64,000 bases of DNA. It comes from Eledone cirrhosa. Its lineage: Eukaryota. Shown here piece by piece: positions 14,540 to 30,792 of the stretch (position 1 is the stretch's first letter; each line of letters starts with the position of its first letter). Under the pieces are notes generated by a model. The model ran no database searches, was not told where the DNA came from, and saw only the letters and a list, made by a program, of their open reading frames with translations. The stretch is from NCBI GenBank assembly GCA_964016885.1, contig OZ024754.1:20708001-20772000 (forward strand), written 5' to 3'. The translations under genes were made by a program, and so were the position numbers.

Positions 14540-17500
14540 TTGGTATTAACATAGACTCCCTCCCATATTGCCCTTGGTATTATCATAGACTCCCTCACAT
14601 ATTACCCTTGGTATTAACATAGACTCCCTCCCATATTACCCTTGGTATTAACATAGACTCCTCCCATATTACCCTTGGTATTAATATAGAGACTCCGCCC
14701 CCCATATTACCCTTGGTATTAACATAGACTCGCTCCCATATTACCCTTGGTATTAACATAGACTCCCTCCCATATTACCCTTGGTATTAACATAGACTAC
14801 CTCCCATATTACCCTGGGTCTTAACATAGACTCCCTCCCATATTAGACTTGGTATTAACAAAGACTCCCTGCCATATTACCCTTTGTATTAACATAGACT
14901 CCCTCCCATATTACCCTTGGTATTAACATAGACTCCCTCCCATATTACCCTTGGTTTTAACATAGGGACTTCCTCCCATATTACCCTTGGTATTAACAGA
15001 GAGACTCCCCCCCCATATTACCCTTGGTATTAATATAGAGACTCCCCCCAATATTACCCTTGGTATTAATATAGAGACTCCCTCCCATATTAACCTTGGT
15101 GTTAACATAGACTCCCTCCCATATTACCCTTGGTATTAACATAGGGACTCCCTCCCATATTACTCTTGGTATTAACATAGAGACCGCTCACCATATTACC
15201 CTTGGTATTAACATAGACTCCCTCCCATATTACCCTTGGTATTAACATAGACTCCATCCCATATTACCCTTGGTATTAACATAGACTCCCTCACATATTA
15301 CAATTGGTGTTAACATAGACTCCCTCCCATATTACCGTTGGTATTAACATAGGGACTCCCTCCCATATTACCCTTGGTATTAACATAGAGACTCCCTCCC
15401 ATATTATCCTTGGTATTAACATAGACTCCCTGCCATATTACCCTTTGTATTAACATAGACTAACTCCCATATTACGCTGGGTCTTAACATAGACTCCCTC
15501 CCATATTAGACTTGGTATTAACATAGACTCCCTCCCATATTACCCTTGGTATTAACATAGGGACTCCCTCCCATATTACCCTTGGTATTAACATAGAGAC
15601 TCCCCCCATATTACCCTTGGTATTAATGTAGAGACTCCCTCCCATATTAACCTTGGTGTTAACATAGACTCCCTCCCATATTAGCCTTGTATTAACATAG
15701 GGACTCCCTCCCATATTAGCCTTGGTATTAACATAGGGACTCCCTCCCATATTAGCCTTGGTATTTACATAGACTCCCTCCCATATTACCTTTGGTATTA
15801 ACATAGACTCCCTCCCATATTACCCTTGGTATTAACATAGACTACCTGCCATATTACCCTTTGTATTAACATAGACTCCCTCCCATATTACCCTTGGTAT
15901 TAACATAGACTCCCTCCCATATTAGCCTGGGTATTAACATAGAGACTCCCCCCCCCATATTACCCTTGGTATTAATATAGACTCCCTCCCATATTACCCT
16001 TGGTATTAACATAGACCCCCTCCCATATTACCCATGGTATTAACATAGACTCCCTCCCATATTACCCTTGGTATTAACATAGACTCCCTGCCATATTACC
16101 CTTTGTATTAACATAGACTGCCTCCTATATTACCCTTGGTATTAACATAGACTCCATCCCATATTACCCTTGGTATTAACATAGACTCCCTCACATATTA
16201 CAATTGGTGTTAACATAGACTCCCAACCATATTACCATTGGTATTAACATAGGGACTGCCTCCCATATTACCCTTGGTATTAACATAGAGACTCCCTCCC
16301 ATATTATCCTTGGTATTAACATAGACTCCATGCCATATTACCCTTTATATTAACATAGACTAACTCCCATATTACCCTGGGTCTTAACATAGACTCCCTC
16401 CCATATTAGACTAGGTATTAACATAGACTCCCTCCCATATTACCCTTGGTATTAACATAGGGACTCTCTCCCATATTACCCTTGGTATTAACATAGAGAC
16501 TCCCCCCCCATATTACCCTTGGTATTAATGTAGATAATCCCTCCCATATTAACCTTGGTGTTAACATAGACTCCCTACCATATTAGCCTTGGTATTAACA
16601 TAGGGACTCCCTCCCATATTAGCCTTGGTATTAACATAGGGACTCCCTCCCATATTAGCCTTGGTATTTACATAGACTCCCTCCCATATTACCCTTGGTA
16701 TTAACATAGACTCCCTCCCATATTACCCTTGGTATTAACATAGACTCCCTCCCATATTACCCTTAGTATTAACATAGAGACTCCCTCCCATATTAACATT
16801 GGTATTAACATAGACTCCCGCCCATATTACCCTTGGTATTAACATAGACTCCCTCCCATATTAGACTTGGTATTAACATAGACTCCCTCCCATATTACCG
16901 TTGGTATTAACATAGACTCCCTCCCATATTACCCTTGGTATTAACATAGACTCCTCCCATATTACCCTTGGTATTAACATAGACTCCCTCCCATATTAGC
17001 CTTGGTATTAATATAGAGACGCCGCCCCCCCATTTTACCCTTGGTATTAACATAGACTCGCTCCCATATTACACTTGGTATTAACATAGACTCCCTCCCA
17101 TATTACCCTTGGTATTAACATAGACTACCTCCCATATTACCCTGGGTCTTAACATAGACTCCCTCCCATATTAGACTTGGTATTAACATAGACTCCCTGC
17201 CATATTACCCTTTGTATTAACATAGACTCCCTCCCATATTACCCTTGGTATTAACATAGGGACTCCCTCAATTATTACTCTTGGTATTAACATAGAGACT
17301 CCCCCCCATATTACCCTTGGTATTAATATAGAGACTCCCCCCCATATTACCCTTGGTATTAATATAGAGACTCCCTCCCATATTAACCTTGGTGTTAACA
17401 TAGACTCCCTCCCATATTACCCTTGGTATTAACATAGAGACCGCCCCCCATATTACCCTTGGTATTAACATAGACTCTCTCCCATATTACCCTTGGTATT

Positions 17501-20500
17501 AACATAGGGACTCCCTCCCATATTAGCCTTGGTATTAACATAGGGACTCCCTCCCATACTAGCCTTGGTATTAACATAGACTCCCTCCCATATTAGCCTT
17601 GGTATTTACATAGACTCCCTCCCATATTACCCGTGGTATTAACATAGACTCCTCCCATATTACCCTTGGTATTAACATAGGGACTCCCTCCCATATTACC
17701 CTTGGTATTATCATAGACTCCATCCCATATTACCCTTGGTATTAACATAGACTCCCTCACATATTACAATTGGTGTTAACATAGACTCCCAACCATATTA
17801 CCGTTGGTATTAACATAGGGACTCTCTCCCATATTAGCCTTGGTATTAACATAGGGACTCCCTCCTATATTAGCCTTGGTATTAACATAGACTCCCTCCC
17901 ATATTAGCCTTGGTATTTACATAGACTCCATCCCATATTACCCTTGGTATGAACATAGACTCCCTCCCATATTACCCTTGGTATTAACATAGGGACTCCC
18001 TCCTATATTAGCCTTGGTATTAACATAGACTCCCTCCCATATTAGCCTTGGTATTTACATAGACTCCCTCCCATATTACCCTTGGTATTAACATAGACTC
18101 CCTTCCATATTACCCTTGGTATTAACATAGAGACTCCCCCCCATATTACCCTTGGTATTAATATAGAGACTCCCTCCCATATTACCCTTGGTATTAACAT
18201 AGGGACTCCCTCCTATATTAGCCTTGGTGTTAACATAGACTCCCTCCCATATTAGCCTTGGTATTTACATAGACTCCCTCCCATATTACCCTTGGTATTA
18301 ACATAGACTCCCTCCCATATTACCCTCGGTATTAACATAGAGACTCCCCCCCATATTACCCTTGGTATTAATATAGAGACTCCCCCCCATATTACCCTTG
18401 GTATTAATATAGAGACTCCCTCCCATATTAACCTTGGTGTTAACATAGACTCCCTCCCATATTACCCTTGGTATTAACATAGAGACCGCCCCCCATATTA
18501 CCCTTGGTATTAACATAGACTCCCTCCCATATTACCCTTGGTATTAACATAGACTCCATCCCATATTACCGTTGGTATTAACATAGGGACTCCCTCCCAT
18601 ATTAGCCTTGGTATTAACATAGGGACTCCCTCCCATATTAGCCTTGGTATTAACATAGACTCCCTCCCATATTAGCCTTGGTATTTACATAGACTCCCTC
18701 CCATATTACCCGTGGTATTAACATAGACTCCTCCCATATTACCCTTGGTATTAACATAGGGACTCCCTCCCATATTACCCTTGGTATTATCATAGACTCC
18801 CTCCCATATTACCCTTGGTATTAACATAGAGACTCCCCCCCATATTACCCTTGGTATTAATATAGAGACTCCCATATTACCCTTGGTATTAACAGACTCT
18901 CTCCCATATTACCCTTGGTATTAACATAGGGACTCCCTCCCATATTACCCTTGGTATTATCATAGACTCCCTCCCATATTAGCCTTGGTATTAACATAGA
19001 CTCCCTCCCATATTAGCCTTGGTATTTACATAGACTCCTCCCATATTACCCTTGGTATTAACAGACTCTCTCCCATATTACCCTTGGTATTAACATAGAC
19101 TCCTTCCCATATTACCCTTGGTATTAACATAGACTCCCTCCCATATTGCCCTTGGTATTATCATAGACTCCCTCACATATTACCCTTGGTATTAACATAG
19201 ACTCCCTCCCATATTACCCTTGGTATTAACATAGACTCCTCCCATATTACCCTTGGTATTAATATAGAGACTCCGCCCCCCATATTACCCTCGGTATTAA
19301 CATAGACTCGCTCCCATATTACCCTTGGTATTAACATAGACTCCCTCCCATATTACCCTTGGTATTAACATAGACTACCTCCCATATTACCCTGGGTCTT
19401 AACATAGACTCCCTCCCATATTAGACTTGGTATTAACAAAGACTCCCTGCCATATTACCCTTTGTATTAACATAGACTCCCTCCCATATTACCCTTGGTA
19501 TTAACATAGACTCCCTCCCATATTACACTTGGTTTTAACATAGGGACTTCCTCCCATATTACCCTTGGTATTAATATAGAGACTCCCCCCCATATTACCC
19601 TTGGTATTAATATAGAGACTCCCCCCAATATTACCCTTGGTATTAATATAGAGACTCCCTCCCATATTAACCTTGGTGTTAACATAGACTCCCTCCCATA
19701 TTACCCTTGGTATTAACATAGGGACTCCCTCCCATATTACTCTTGGTATTAACATAGAGACCGCCCACCATATTACCCTTGGTATTAACATAGACTCCCT
19801 CCCATATTACCCTTGGTATTAACATAGACTCCATCCCATATTGCCCTTGGTATTAACATAGACTCCCTCACATATTACAATTGGTGTTAACATAGACTCC
19901 CTCCCATATTACCGTTGGTATTAACATAGGGACTCCCTCCCATATTACCCTTGGTATTAACATAGAGACTCCCTCCCATATTATACTTGGTATTAACATA
20001 GACTCCCTGCCATATTACCCTTTGTATTAACATAGACTAACTCCCATATTACGCTGGGTCTTAACATAGACTCCCTCCCATATTAGACTTGGTATTAACA
20101 TAGACTCCCTCCCATATTACCCTTGGTATTAACATAGGGACTCCCTCCCATATTACCCTTGGTATTAACATAGAGACTCCCCCCATATTACCCTTGGTAT
20201 TAATGTAGAGACTCCCTCCCATATTAACCTTGGTGTTAACATAGACTCCCTCCCATATTAGCCTTGGTATTAACATAGGGACTCCCTCCCATATTAGCCT
20301 TGGTATTAACATAGGGACTCCCTCCCATATTAGCCTTGGTATTTACATAGACTCCCTCCCATATTACCTTTGGTATTAACATAGACTCCCTCCCATATTA
20401 CCCTTGGTATTAACATAGACTACCTGCCATATTACCCTTTGTATTAACATAGACTCCCTCCCATATTACCCTTGGTATTAACATAGACTCCCTCCCATAT

Positions 20501-23460
20501 TAGCCTGGGTATTAACATAGAGACTCCCCCCCCATATTACCCTTGGTATTAATATAGACTCCCTCCCATATTACCCTTGGTATTAACATAGACCCCCTCC
20601 CATATTACCCATGGTATTAACATAGACTCCCTCCCAGATTACCCTTGGTATTAACATAGACTCCCTGCCATATTACCCTTTGTATTAACATAGACTCCCT
20701 CCCATATTACCCTTGGTATTAACATAGACTCCATCCCATATTACCCTTGGTATTAACATAGACTCCCTCACATATTACAATTGGTGTTAACATAGACTCC
20801 CAACCATATTACCATTGGTATTAACATAGGGACTCTCTCCCATATTAGCCTTGGTACTAACATAGGGACTCCCTTCCATATTAGCCTTGGTATTAACTTA
20901 GACTCCCTCCCACATTAGCCTTGGTATTTACATAGACTCCCTCCCATATTACCCTTGGTATTAACATAGACTCCCTCCCATATTACCCTTGGTATTAACA
21001 TAGGGACTGCCTCCCATATTACCCTTGGTATTAACATAGAGACTCCCTCCCATATTATCCTTGGTATTAACATAGACTCCATGCCATATTACCCTTTGTA
21101 TTAACATAGAGTAACTCCCATATTACCCTGGGTCTTAACATAGACTCCCTCCCATATTAGACTAGGTATTAACATAGAATCCCTCCCATATTACCCTTGG
21201 TATTAACATAGGGACTCTCTCCCATATTACCCTTGGTATTAACATAGAGACTCCCCCCCCCCCATATTACCCTTGGTATTAATGTAGATAATCCCTCCCA
21301 TATTAACCTTGGTGTTAACATAGACTCCCTCCCATATTAGCCTTGGTATTAACATAGGGACTCCCTCCCATATTAGCCTTGGTATTAACATAGAGACTCC
21401 CTCCCATATTAGCCTTGGTATTTACATAGACTCCCTCCCATATTACCCTTGGTATTAACATAGACTCCCTCCCATATTACCCTTGGTATTAACATAGACT
21501 CCCTCCCATATTACCCTTGGTATTAACATAGACTCCCTCCCATATTACCCTTAGTATTAACATAGAGACTCCCTCCCATATTAACATTGGTATTAACATA
21601 GACTCCCGCCCATATTACCCTTGGTATTAACATAGACTACCTCCCATATTTCCCTGGGTCTTAACATAGACTCCCTCCCATATTAGACTTGGTATTAACA
21701 TAGACTCCCTCCCATATTACCCTTGGTATTAACATAGACTCCCTCCCATATTACCCTTGGTATTAACATAGGGACTCCCTCCCATATTAGCCTTGGTATT
21801 AACATAGACTCCCTCCCATATTACCCTTGGTATTAACATAGACTCCCTCCCATATTACCCTTGGTATTAACATAGACTCCTCCCATATTACCCTTGGTAT
21901 TAACATAGACTCCCTCCCATATTAGCCTTGGTATTAATATAGAGACGCCGCCCCCCCATTTTACCCTTGGTATTAACATAGACTCGCTCCCATATTACCC
22001 TTGGTATTAACATAGACTCCCTCCCATATTACCCTTGGTATTAACATAGACTACCTCCCATATTACCCTGGGTCTTAACATAGACTCCCTCCCATATTAG
22101 ACTTGGTATTAACATAGACTCCCTGCCATATTACCCTTTGTATTAACATAGACTCCCTCCCATATTACCCTTGGTATTAACATAGGGACTCCCTCAATTA
22201 TTACTCTTGGTATTAACATAGAGACTCCCCCCCATATTACCCTTGGTATTAATATAGAGACTCCCCCCCATATTACCCTTGGTATTAATATAGAGACTCC
22301 CTCCCATATTAACCTAGACTCCCTCCCATATTACCCTTTGTATTAACATAGAGACCGCCCCCCATATTACCCTTGGTATTAACATGGACTCCCTCCCATA
22401 TTACCCTTGGTATTAACATAGACTCCATCCCATATTACCGTTGGTATTAACATAGGGACTCCCTCCCATATTAGCCTTGGTATTAACATAGGGACTCCCT
22501 CCCATATTAGCCTTGGTATTAACATAGACTCCCTCCCATATTAGCCTTGGTATTTACATAGACTCCCTCCCATATTACCCGTGGTATTAACATAGACTCC
22601 TCCCATATTACCCTTGGTATTAACATAGGGACTCCCTCCCATATTACCCTTGGTATTATCATAGACTCCATCCCATATTACCCTTGGTATTAACATAGAC
22701 TCCCTCACATATTACAATTGGTGTTAACATAGACTCCCAACCATATTACCGTTGGTATTAACATAGGGACTCCCTCCCATATTACCCTTGGTATTAACAT
22801 AGGGACTCCCTCCTATATTAGCCTTGGTGTTAACATAGACTCCCTCCCATATTAGCCTTGGTATTTACATAGACTCCCTCCCATATTACCCTTGGTATTA
22901 ACATAGACTCCCTCCCATATTACCCTTGGTATTAACATAGAGACTCCCCCCCATATTACCCTTGGTATTAATATAGAGACTCCCCTCCATATTACCCTTG
23001 GTATTAATATAGAGACTCCCTCCCATATTAACCTTGGTGTTAACATAGACTCCCTCCCATATTACCCTTGGTATTAACATAGAGACCGCCCCCCCCCATA
23101 TTACCCTTGGTATTAACATAGACTCCCTCCCATATTACCCTTGGTATTAACATAGACTCCATCCCATATTACCGTTGGTATTAACATAGGGACTCCCTCC
23201 CATATTAGCCTTGGTATTAACATAGGGACTCCCTCCCATATTAGCCTTGGTATTAACATAGACTCCCTCCCATATTAGCCTTGGTATTTACATAGACTCC
23301 CTCCCATATTACCCGTGGTATTAACATAGACTCCTCCCATATTACCCTTGGTATTAACATAGGGACTCCCTCCCATATTACCCTTGGTATTATCATAGAC
23401 TCCCTCCCATATTACCCTTGGTATTAACATAGAGACTCCCCCCCATATTACCCTTGGTAT
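14540..23460. repeat. Older imperfect duplication, offset about 4.6-4.9 kb (about 14540-18850 vs about 19110-23460), with whole-monomer indels
   Basis: Shared rare variants in the same order: ACCGC(T/C)CACC about 15184/19760; CCCAACCATATTACCATTGG about 16222/20799; GGGACTGCC about 16252/21003; CCCTCAATTATTACTC about 17265/22191. ORF ends 15484/20061 differ by 4577. Confidence 0.75.
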
Positions 23461-26400
23461 TAATATAGAGACTCCCCCCCAATATTACCCTTGGTATTAA
23501 TATAGAGACTCCCTCCCATATTAACCTTGGTGTTAACATAGACTCCCTCCCATATTACCCTTGGTATTAACATAGGGACTCCCTCCCATATTACCCTTGG
23601 TATTAATATAGAGACCGCCCCCCATATTACCCTTGGTATTAACATAGACTCCCTCCCATATTACCCTTGGTATTAACATAGACTCCATCCCATATTACCC
23701 TTGGTATTAACATAGACTCCCTCACATATTACAATTGGTGTTAACATAGACTCCCTCCCATATTACCGTTGGTATTAAAATAGTGAATCTCTCCCATATT
23801 AGCCTTGGTATTAACATAGGGACTCCCTCCCATATTAGCCTTGGTATTAACATAGACTCCCTCCCATATTAGCCTTGGTATTTACATAGACTCCCTCCCA
23901 TATTACCCTTGGTATTAACATAGACTCCTCCCATATTACCCTTGGTATTAACATAGGGACTCCCTCCCATATTACCCTTGGTATTAACATAGAGACTCCC
24001 TCCCATATTATCCTTGGTATTAACATAGACTACCTCCCATATTACCCTGGGTCTTAACATAGACTCCCTCCCATATTAGACTTGGTATTAACATAGACTC
24101 CCTCCCATATTACCCTTGGTATTAACATAGACTCCCTCCCATATTACCCTTGGTATTAACATAGGGACTCCCTCCCATATTAGCCTTGGTATTAACATAG
24201 ACTCCCTCCCATATTACCCTTGGTATTAACATAGACTCCCTCCCATATTACCCTTGGTATTAACATAGACTCCCTCCCATGTTAGCCTTGGTATTAACAT
24301 AGACTCCTTCCCATATTAGCCTTGGTATTAACATAGACTCCCTCCCATATTAGGCTTGCTATTAACATAGACTCCCTCCCATATTAGCCTTGGTATAAAC
24401 ATAGACTCCCTCCCATATTACCCTTGGTACTAACATAGACTCCCTCCCATATTACCCTTGGTATTAACATAGACTTCCTCCCATATTACCCTTGGTATTA
24501 CCATAGACTCCTCCCATATTACCCTTGGTATTAACAGACTCTCTCCCATATCAGCCTTGGTATTAACATAGAGACTCCAACCCCCATATTACCCTTGGTA
24601 TTAACATAGACTCCCTCCCATATTACCCTTGGTATTAACATAGAGACTCCAACCCCCATATTACCCTTGGTATTAACATAGACTCCCTCCCATATTACCC
24701 TTGGTATTAACATAGACTCCCTCCCATATTGCCCTTGGTATTATCATAGACTCCCTCACATATTACCCTTGGTATTAACATAGACTCCCTCCCATATTAC
24801 CCTTGGTATTAACATAGACTCCTCCCATATTACCCTTGGTATTAATATAGAGACTCCGCCCCCCATATTAACCTTGGTATTAACATAGACTCGCTCCCAT
24901 ATTACCCTTGGTATTAACATAGACTCCCTCCCATATTACCCTTTGTATTAACATAGACTACCTCCCATATTACCCTGGGTCTTAACATAGACTCCCTCCC
25001 ATATTAGACTTGGTATTAACAAAGACTCCCTGCCATATTACCCTTTGTATTAACATAGACTCCCTCCCATATTACCCTTGGTATTAACATAGACTCCCTC
25101 CCATATTACCCTTGGTTTTAACATAGGGACTTCCTCCCATATTACCCTTGGTATTAACATAGAGACTCCCCCCCATTTTACCCTTGGTATTAATATAGAG
25201 ACTCCCCCCAATATTACCCTTGGTATTAATATAGAGACTCCCTCCCATATTAACCTTGGTGTTAACATAGACTCCCTCCCATATTACCCTTGGTATTAAC
25301 ATAGGGACTCCCTCCCATATTACTCTTGGTATTAACATAGAGACCGCCCACCATATTACCCTTGGTATTAACATAGACTCCCTCCCATATTACCCTTGGT
25401 ATTAACATAGACTCCATCCCATATTACCCTTGGTATTAACATAGACTCCCTCACATATTACAATTGGTGTTAACATAGACTCCCTCCCATATTACCGTTG
25501 GTATTAACATAGGGACTCTCTCCCATATTAGCCTTGGTATTAACATAGGGACTCCCTCCTATATTAGCCTTGGTATTAACATAGACTCCCTCCCATATTA
25601 GCCTTGGTATTTACATAGACTCCCTCCCATATTACACTTGGTAATAACATAGACTCCCTCCCATATTACCCTTGGTATTAACATAGGGACTCCATCCCAT
25701 ATTACCCTTGGTATTAACATAGAGACTCCCTCCCATATTATCCTTGGTATTAACATAGACTCCCTGCCATATTACCCTTTGTATTAACACAGACTAACTC
25801 CCATATTACGCTGGGTCTTAACATAGGGACTCCCTCAATTATTACTCTTGGTATTAACATAGAGACTCCCCCCCATATTACCCTTGGTATTAATATAGAG
25901 ACTCCCCCCCATATTACCCTTGGTATTAATATAGAGACTCCCTCCCATATTAACCTAGACTCCCTCCCATATTACCCTTTGTATTAACATAGAGACCGCC
26001 CCCCATATTACCCTTGGTATTAACATGGACTCCCTCCCATATTACCCTTGGTATTAACATAGACTCCATCCCATATTACCGTTGGTATTAACATAGGGAC
26101 TCCCTCCCATATTAGCCTTGGTATTAACATAGGGACTCCCTCCCATATTAGCCTTGGTATTAACATAGACTCCCTCCCATATTAGCCTTGGTATTTACAT
26201 AGACTCCCTCCCATATTACCCGTGGTATTAACATAGACTCCTCCCATATTACCCTTGGTATTAACATAGGGACTCCCTCCCATATTACCCTTGGTATTAT
26301 CATAGACTCCATCCCATATTACCCTTGGTATTAACATAGACTCCCTCACATATTACAATTGGTGTTAACATAGACTCCCAACCATATTACCGTTGGTATT

Positions 26401-29400
26401 AACATAGGGACTCTCTCCCATATTAGCCTTGGTATTAACATAGGGACTCCCTCCTATATTAGCCTGGGTATTAACATAGACTCCCTCCCATATTAGCCTT
26501 GGTATTTACATAGACTCCCTCCCATATTACCCTTGGTATTAACATAGACTCCCTCCCATATTACCCTTGGTATTAACATAGGGACTCCCTCCTATATTAG
26601 CCTTGGTATTAACATAGACTCCCTCCCATATTAGCCTTGGTATTTACATAGACTCCCTCCCATATTACCCTTGGTATTAACATAGACTGCCTCCCATATT
26701 ACCCTTGGTATTAACATAGAGACTCCCCCCCATATTACCCTTGGTATTAATATAGAGACTCCCTCCCATATTACCCTTGGTATTAACATAGGGACTCCCT
26801 CCTATATTAGCCTTGGTGTTAACATAGACTCCCTCCCATATTAGCCTTGGTATTTACATAGACTCCCTCCCATATTACCCTTGGTATTAACATAGACTCC
26901 CTCCCATATTACCCTTGGTATTAACATAGAGACTCCCCCCCATATTACCCTTGGTATTAATATAGAGACTCCCCCCATATTACCCTTGGTATTAATATAG
27001 AGACTCCCTCCCATATTAACCTTGGTGTTAACATAGACTCCCTCCCATATTACCCTTGGTATTAACATAGAGACCGCCCCCCCCATATTACCCTTGGTAT
27101 TAACATAGACTCCCTCCCATATTACCCTTGGTATTAACATAGACTCCATCCCATATTACCGTTGGTATTAACATAGGGACTCCCTCCCATATTAGCCTTG
27201 GTATTAACATAGGGACTCCCTCCCATATTAGCCTTGGTATTAACATAGACTCCCTCCCATATTAGCCTTGGTATTTACATAGACTCCCTCCCATATTACC
27301 CGTGGTATTAACATAGACTCCTCCCATATTACCCTTGGTATTAACATAGGGACTCCCTCCCATATTACCCTTGGTATTATCATAGACTCCCTCCCATATT
27401 ACCCTTGGTATTAACATAGAGACTCCCCCCCATATTACCCTTGGTATTAATATAGAGACTCCCCCCCAATATTACCCTTGGTATTAATATAGAGACTCCC
27501 TCCCATATTAACCTTGGTGTTAACATAGACTCCCTCCCATATTACCCTTGGTATTAACATAGGGACTCCCTCCCATATTACCCTTGGTATTAATATAGAG
27601 ACCGCCCCCCATATTACCCTTGGTATTAACATAGACTCCCTCCCATATTACCCTTGGTATTAACATAGACTCCATCCCATATTACCCTTGGTATTAACAT
27701 AGACTCCCTCACATATTACAATTGGTGTTAACATAGACACCCTCCCATATTACCGTTGGTATTAAAATAGTGAATCTCTCCCATATTAGCCTTGGTATTA
27801 ACATAGGGACTCCCTCCCATATTAGCCTTGGTATTAACATAGACTCCCTCCCATATTAGCCTTGGTATTTACATAGACTCCCTCCCATATTACCCTTGGT
27901 ATTAACATAGACTCCTCCCATATTACCCTTGGTATTAACATAGGGACTCCCTCCCATATTACCCTTGGTATTAACATAGAGACTCCCTCCCATATTATCC
28001 TTGGTATTAACATAGACTACCTCCCATATTACCCTGGGTCTTAACATAGACTCCCTCCCATATTAGACTTGGTATTAACATAGACTCCCTCCCATATTAC
28101 CCTTGGTATTAACATAGACTCCCTCCCATATGACCCTTGGTATTAACATAGGGACTCCCTCCCATATTAGCCTTGGTATTAACATAGACTCCCTCCCATA
28201 TTACCCTTGGTATTAACATAGACTCCCTCCCATATTACCCTTGGTATTAACATAGACTCCCTCCCATGTTAGCCTTGGTATTAACATAGACTCCTTCCCA
28301 TATTAGCCTTGGTATTAACATAGACTCCCTCCCATATTAGGCTTGGTATTAACATAGACTCCCTCCCATATTAGCCTTGGTATAAACATAGACTCCCTCC
28401 CATATTACCCTTGGTACTAACATAGACTCCCTCCCATATTACCCTTGGTATTAACATAGACTTCCTCCCATATTACCCTTGGTATTACCATAGACTCCTC
28501 CCATATTACCCTTGGTATTAACAGACTCTCTCCCATATCAGCCTTGGTATTAAAATAGAGACTCCAACCCCCATATTACCCTTGGTATTAACATAGACTC
28601 CCTCCCATATTACCCTTGGTATTAACATAGAGACTCCAACCCCCATATTACCCTTGGTATTAACATAGACTCCCTCCCATATTACCCTTGGTATTAACAT
28701 AGACTCCCTCCCATATTGCCCTTGGTATTATCATAGACTCCCTCACATATTACCCTTGGTATTAACATAGACTCCCTCCCATATTACCCTTGGTATTAAC
28801 ATAGACTCCTCCCATATTACCCTTGGTATTAATATAGAGACTCCGCCCCCCATATTAACCTTGGTATTAACATAGACTCGCTCCCATATTACCCTTGCTT
28901 TTAACATAGACTCCCTCCCATATTACCCTTGGTATTAACATAGACTACCTCCCATATTACCCTGGGTCTTAACATAGACTCCCTCCCATATTAGACTTGG
29001 TATTAACAAAGACTCCCTCCCATATTACCCTTGGTATTAACATAGACTCCCTCCCATATTACCCTTGGTTTTAACATAGGGACTTCCTCCCATATTACCC
29101 TTGGTATTAACATAGAGACTCCCCCCCATATTACCCTTGGTATTAATATAGAGACTCCCCCCAATATTACCCTTGGTATTAATATAGAGACTCCCTCCCA
29201 TATTAACCTTGGTGTTAACATAGACTCCCTCCCATATTACCCTTGGTATTAACATAGGGACTCCCTCCCATATTACTCTTGGTATTAACATAGAGACCGC
29301 CCACCATATTACCCTTGGTATTAACATAGACTCCCTCCCATATTACCCTTGGTATTAACATAGACTCCATCCCATATTACCCTTGGTATTAACATAGACT

Positions 29401-29778
29401 CCCTCACATATTACAATTGGTGTTAACATAGACTCCCTCCCATATTACCGTTGGTATTAACATAGGGACTCTCTCCCATATTAGCCTTGGTATTAACATA
29501 GGGACTCCCTCCTATATTAGCCTTGGTATTAACATAGACTCCCTCCCATATTAGCCTTGGTATTTACATAGACTCCCTCCCATATTACACTTCGTAATAA
29601 CATAGACACCCTCCCATATTACCCTTGGTATTAACATAGGGACTCCATCCCATATTACCCTTGGTATTAACATAGAGACTCCCTCCCATATTATCCTTGG
29701 TATTAACATAGACTCCCTGCCATATTACCCTTTGTATTAACACAGACTAACTCCCATATTACGCTGGGTCTTAACATA
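22180..29778. repeat. Tandem segmental duplication, offset 3641 to 3989 bp (copy 1 about 22180-25820, copy 2 about 25821-29778)
   Basis: A private 12-bp deletion TAACCTAGACT occurs at about 22310 and 25951, and AACATGGACT at 22381 and about 26022. ORF pairs 23460/27447, 23869/27856 and 24531/28518 differ by 3987; 25050/29003 differ by 3953. Confidence 0.92.
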
Positions 29779-30792
29779 GACTCCCTCCCATATTAGCCTT
29801 GGTATTAACATAGGGACTCCCTCCCATATTAGCCTTGGTATTAACATAGGGACTCCCTCCCATATTAGCCTTTGTATTTACATAGACTCCCTCCCATATT
29901 ACCTTTGGTATTAACATAGACTCCCTCCCATATTACCCTTGGTATTAACATAGACTACCTGCCATATTACCCTTTGTATTAACATAGACTCCCTCCCATA
30001 TTACCCTTGGTATTAACATAGACTCCCTCCCATATTAGCCTGGGTATTAACATAGAGACTCCCCCCCATATTACCCTTGGTATTAATATAGACTCCCTCC
30101 CATATTACCCTTGGTATTAACATAGACCCCCTCCCATATTACCCATGGTATTAACATAGACTCCCTCCCATATTACCCTTGGTATTAACATAGACTCCCT
30201 GCCATATTACCCTTTGTATTAACATAGACTCCCTCCCATATTACCCTTGGTATTAACATAGACTCCATCCCATATTACCCTTGGTATTAACATAGACTCC
30301 CTCACATATTACAATTGGTGTTAACATAGACTCCCAACCATATTACCGTTGGTATTAACATAGGGACTCTCTCCCATATTAGCCTTGGTATTAACATAGG
30401 GACTCCCTCCCATATTAGCCTTGGTATTAACTTAGACTCCCTCCCATATTAGCCTTGGTATTTACATAGACTCCCTCCCATATTACCCTTGGTATTAACA
30501 TAGGCTCCCTCCCATATTACCCTTGGTATTAACATAGGGACTGCCTCCCATATTACCCTTGGTATTAACATAGAGACTCCCTCCCATATTAACCTTGGTG
30601 TTAACATAGACTCCCTCCCATATTAGCCTTGGTATTAACATAGGGACTCCCTCCCATATTAGCCTTGGTATTAACATAGGGACTCCCTCCCATATTAGCC
30701 TTGGTATTTACATAGACTCCCTCCCATATTACCCTTGGTATTAACATAGACTCCCTCCCATATTACCCTTGGTATTAACATAGACTCCCCCC

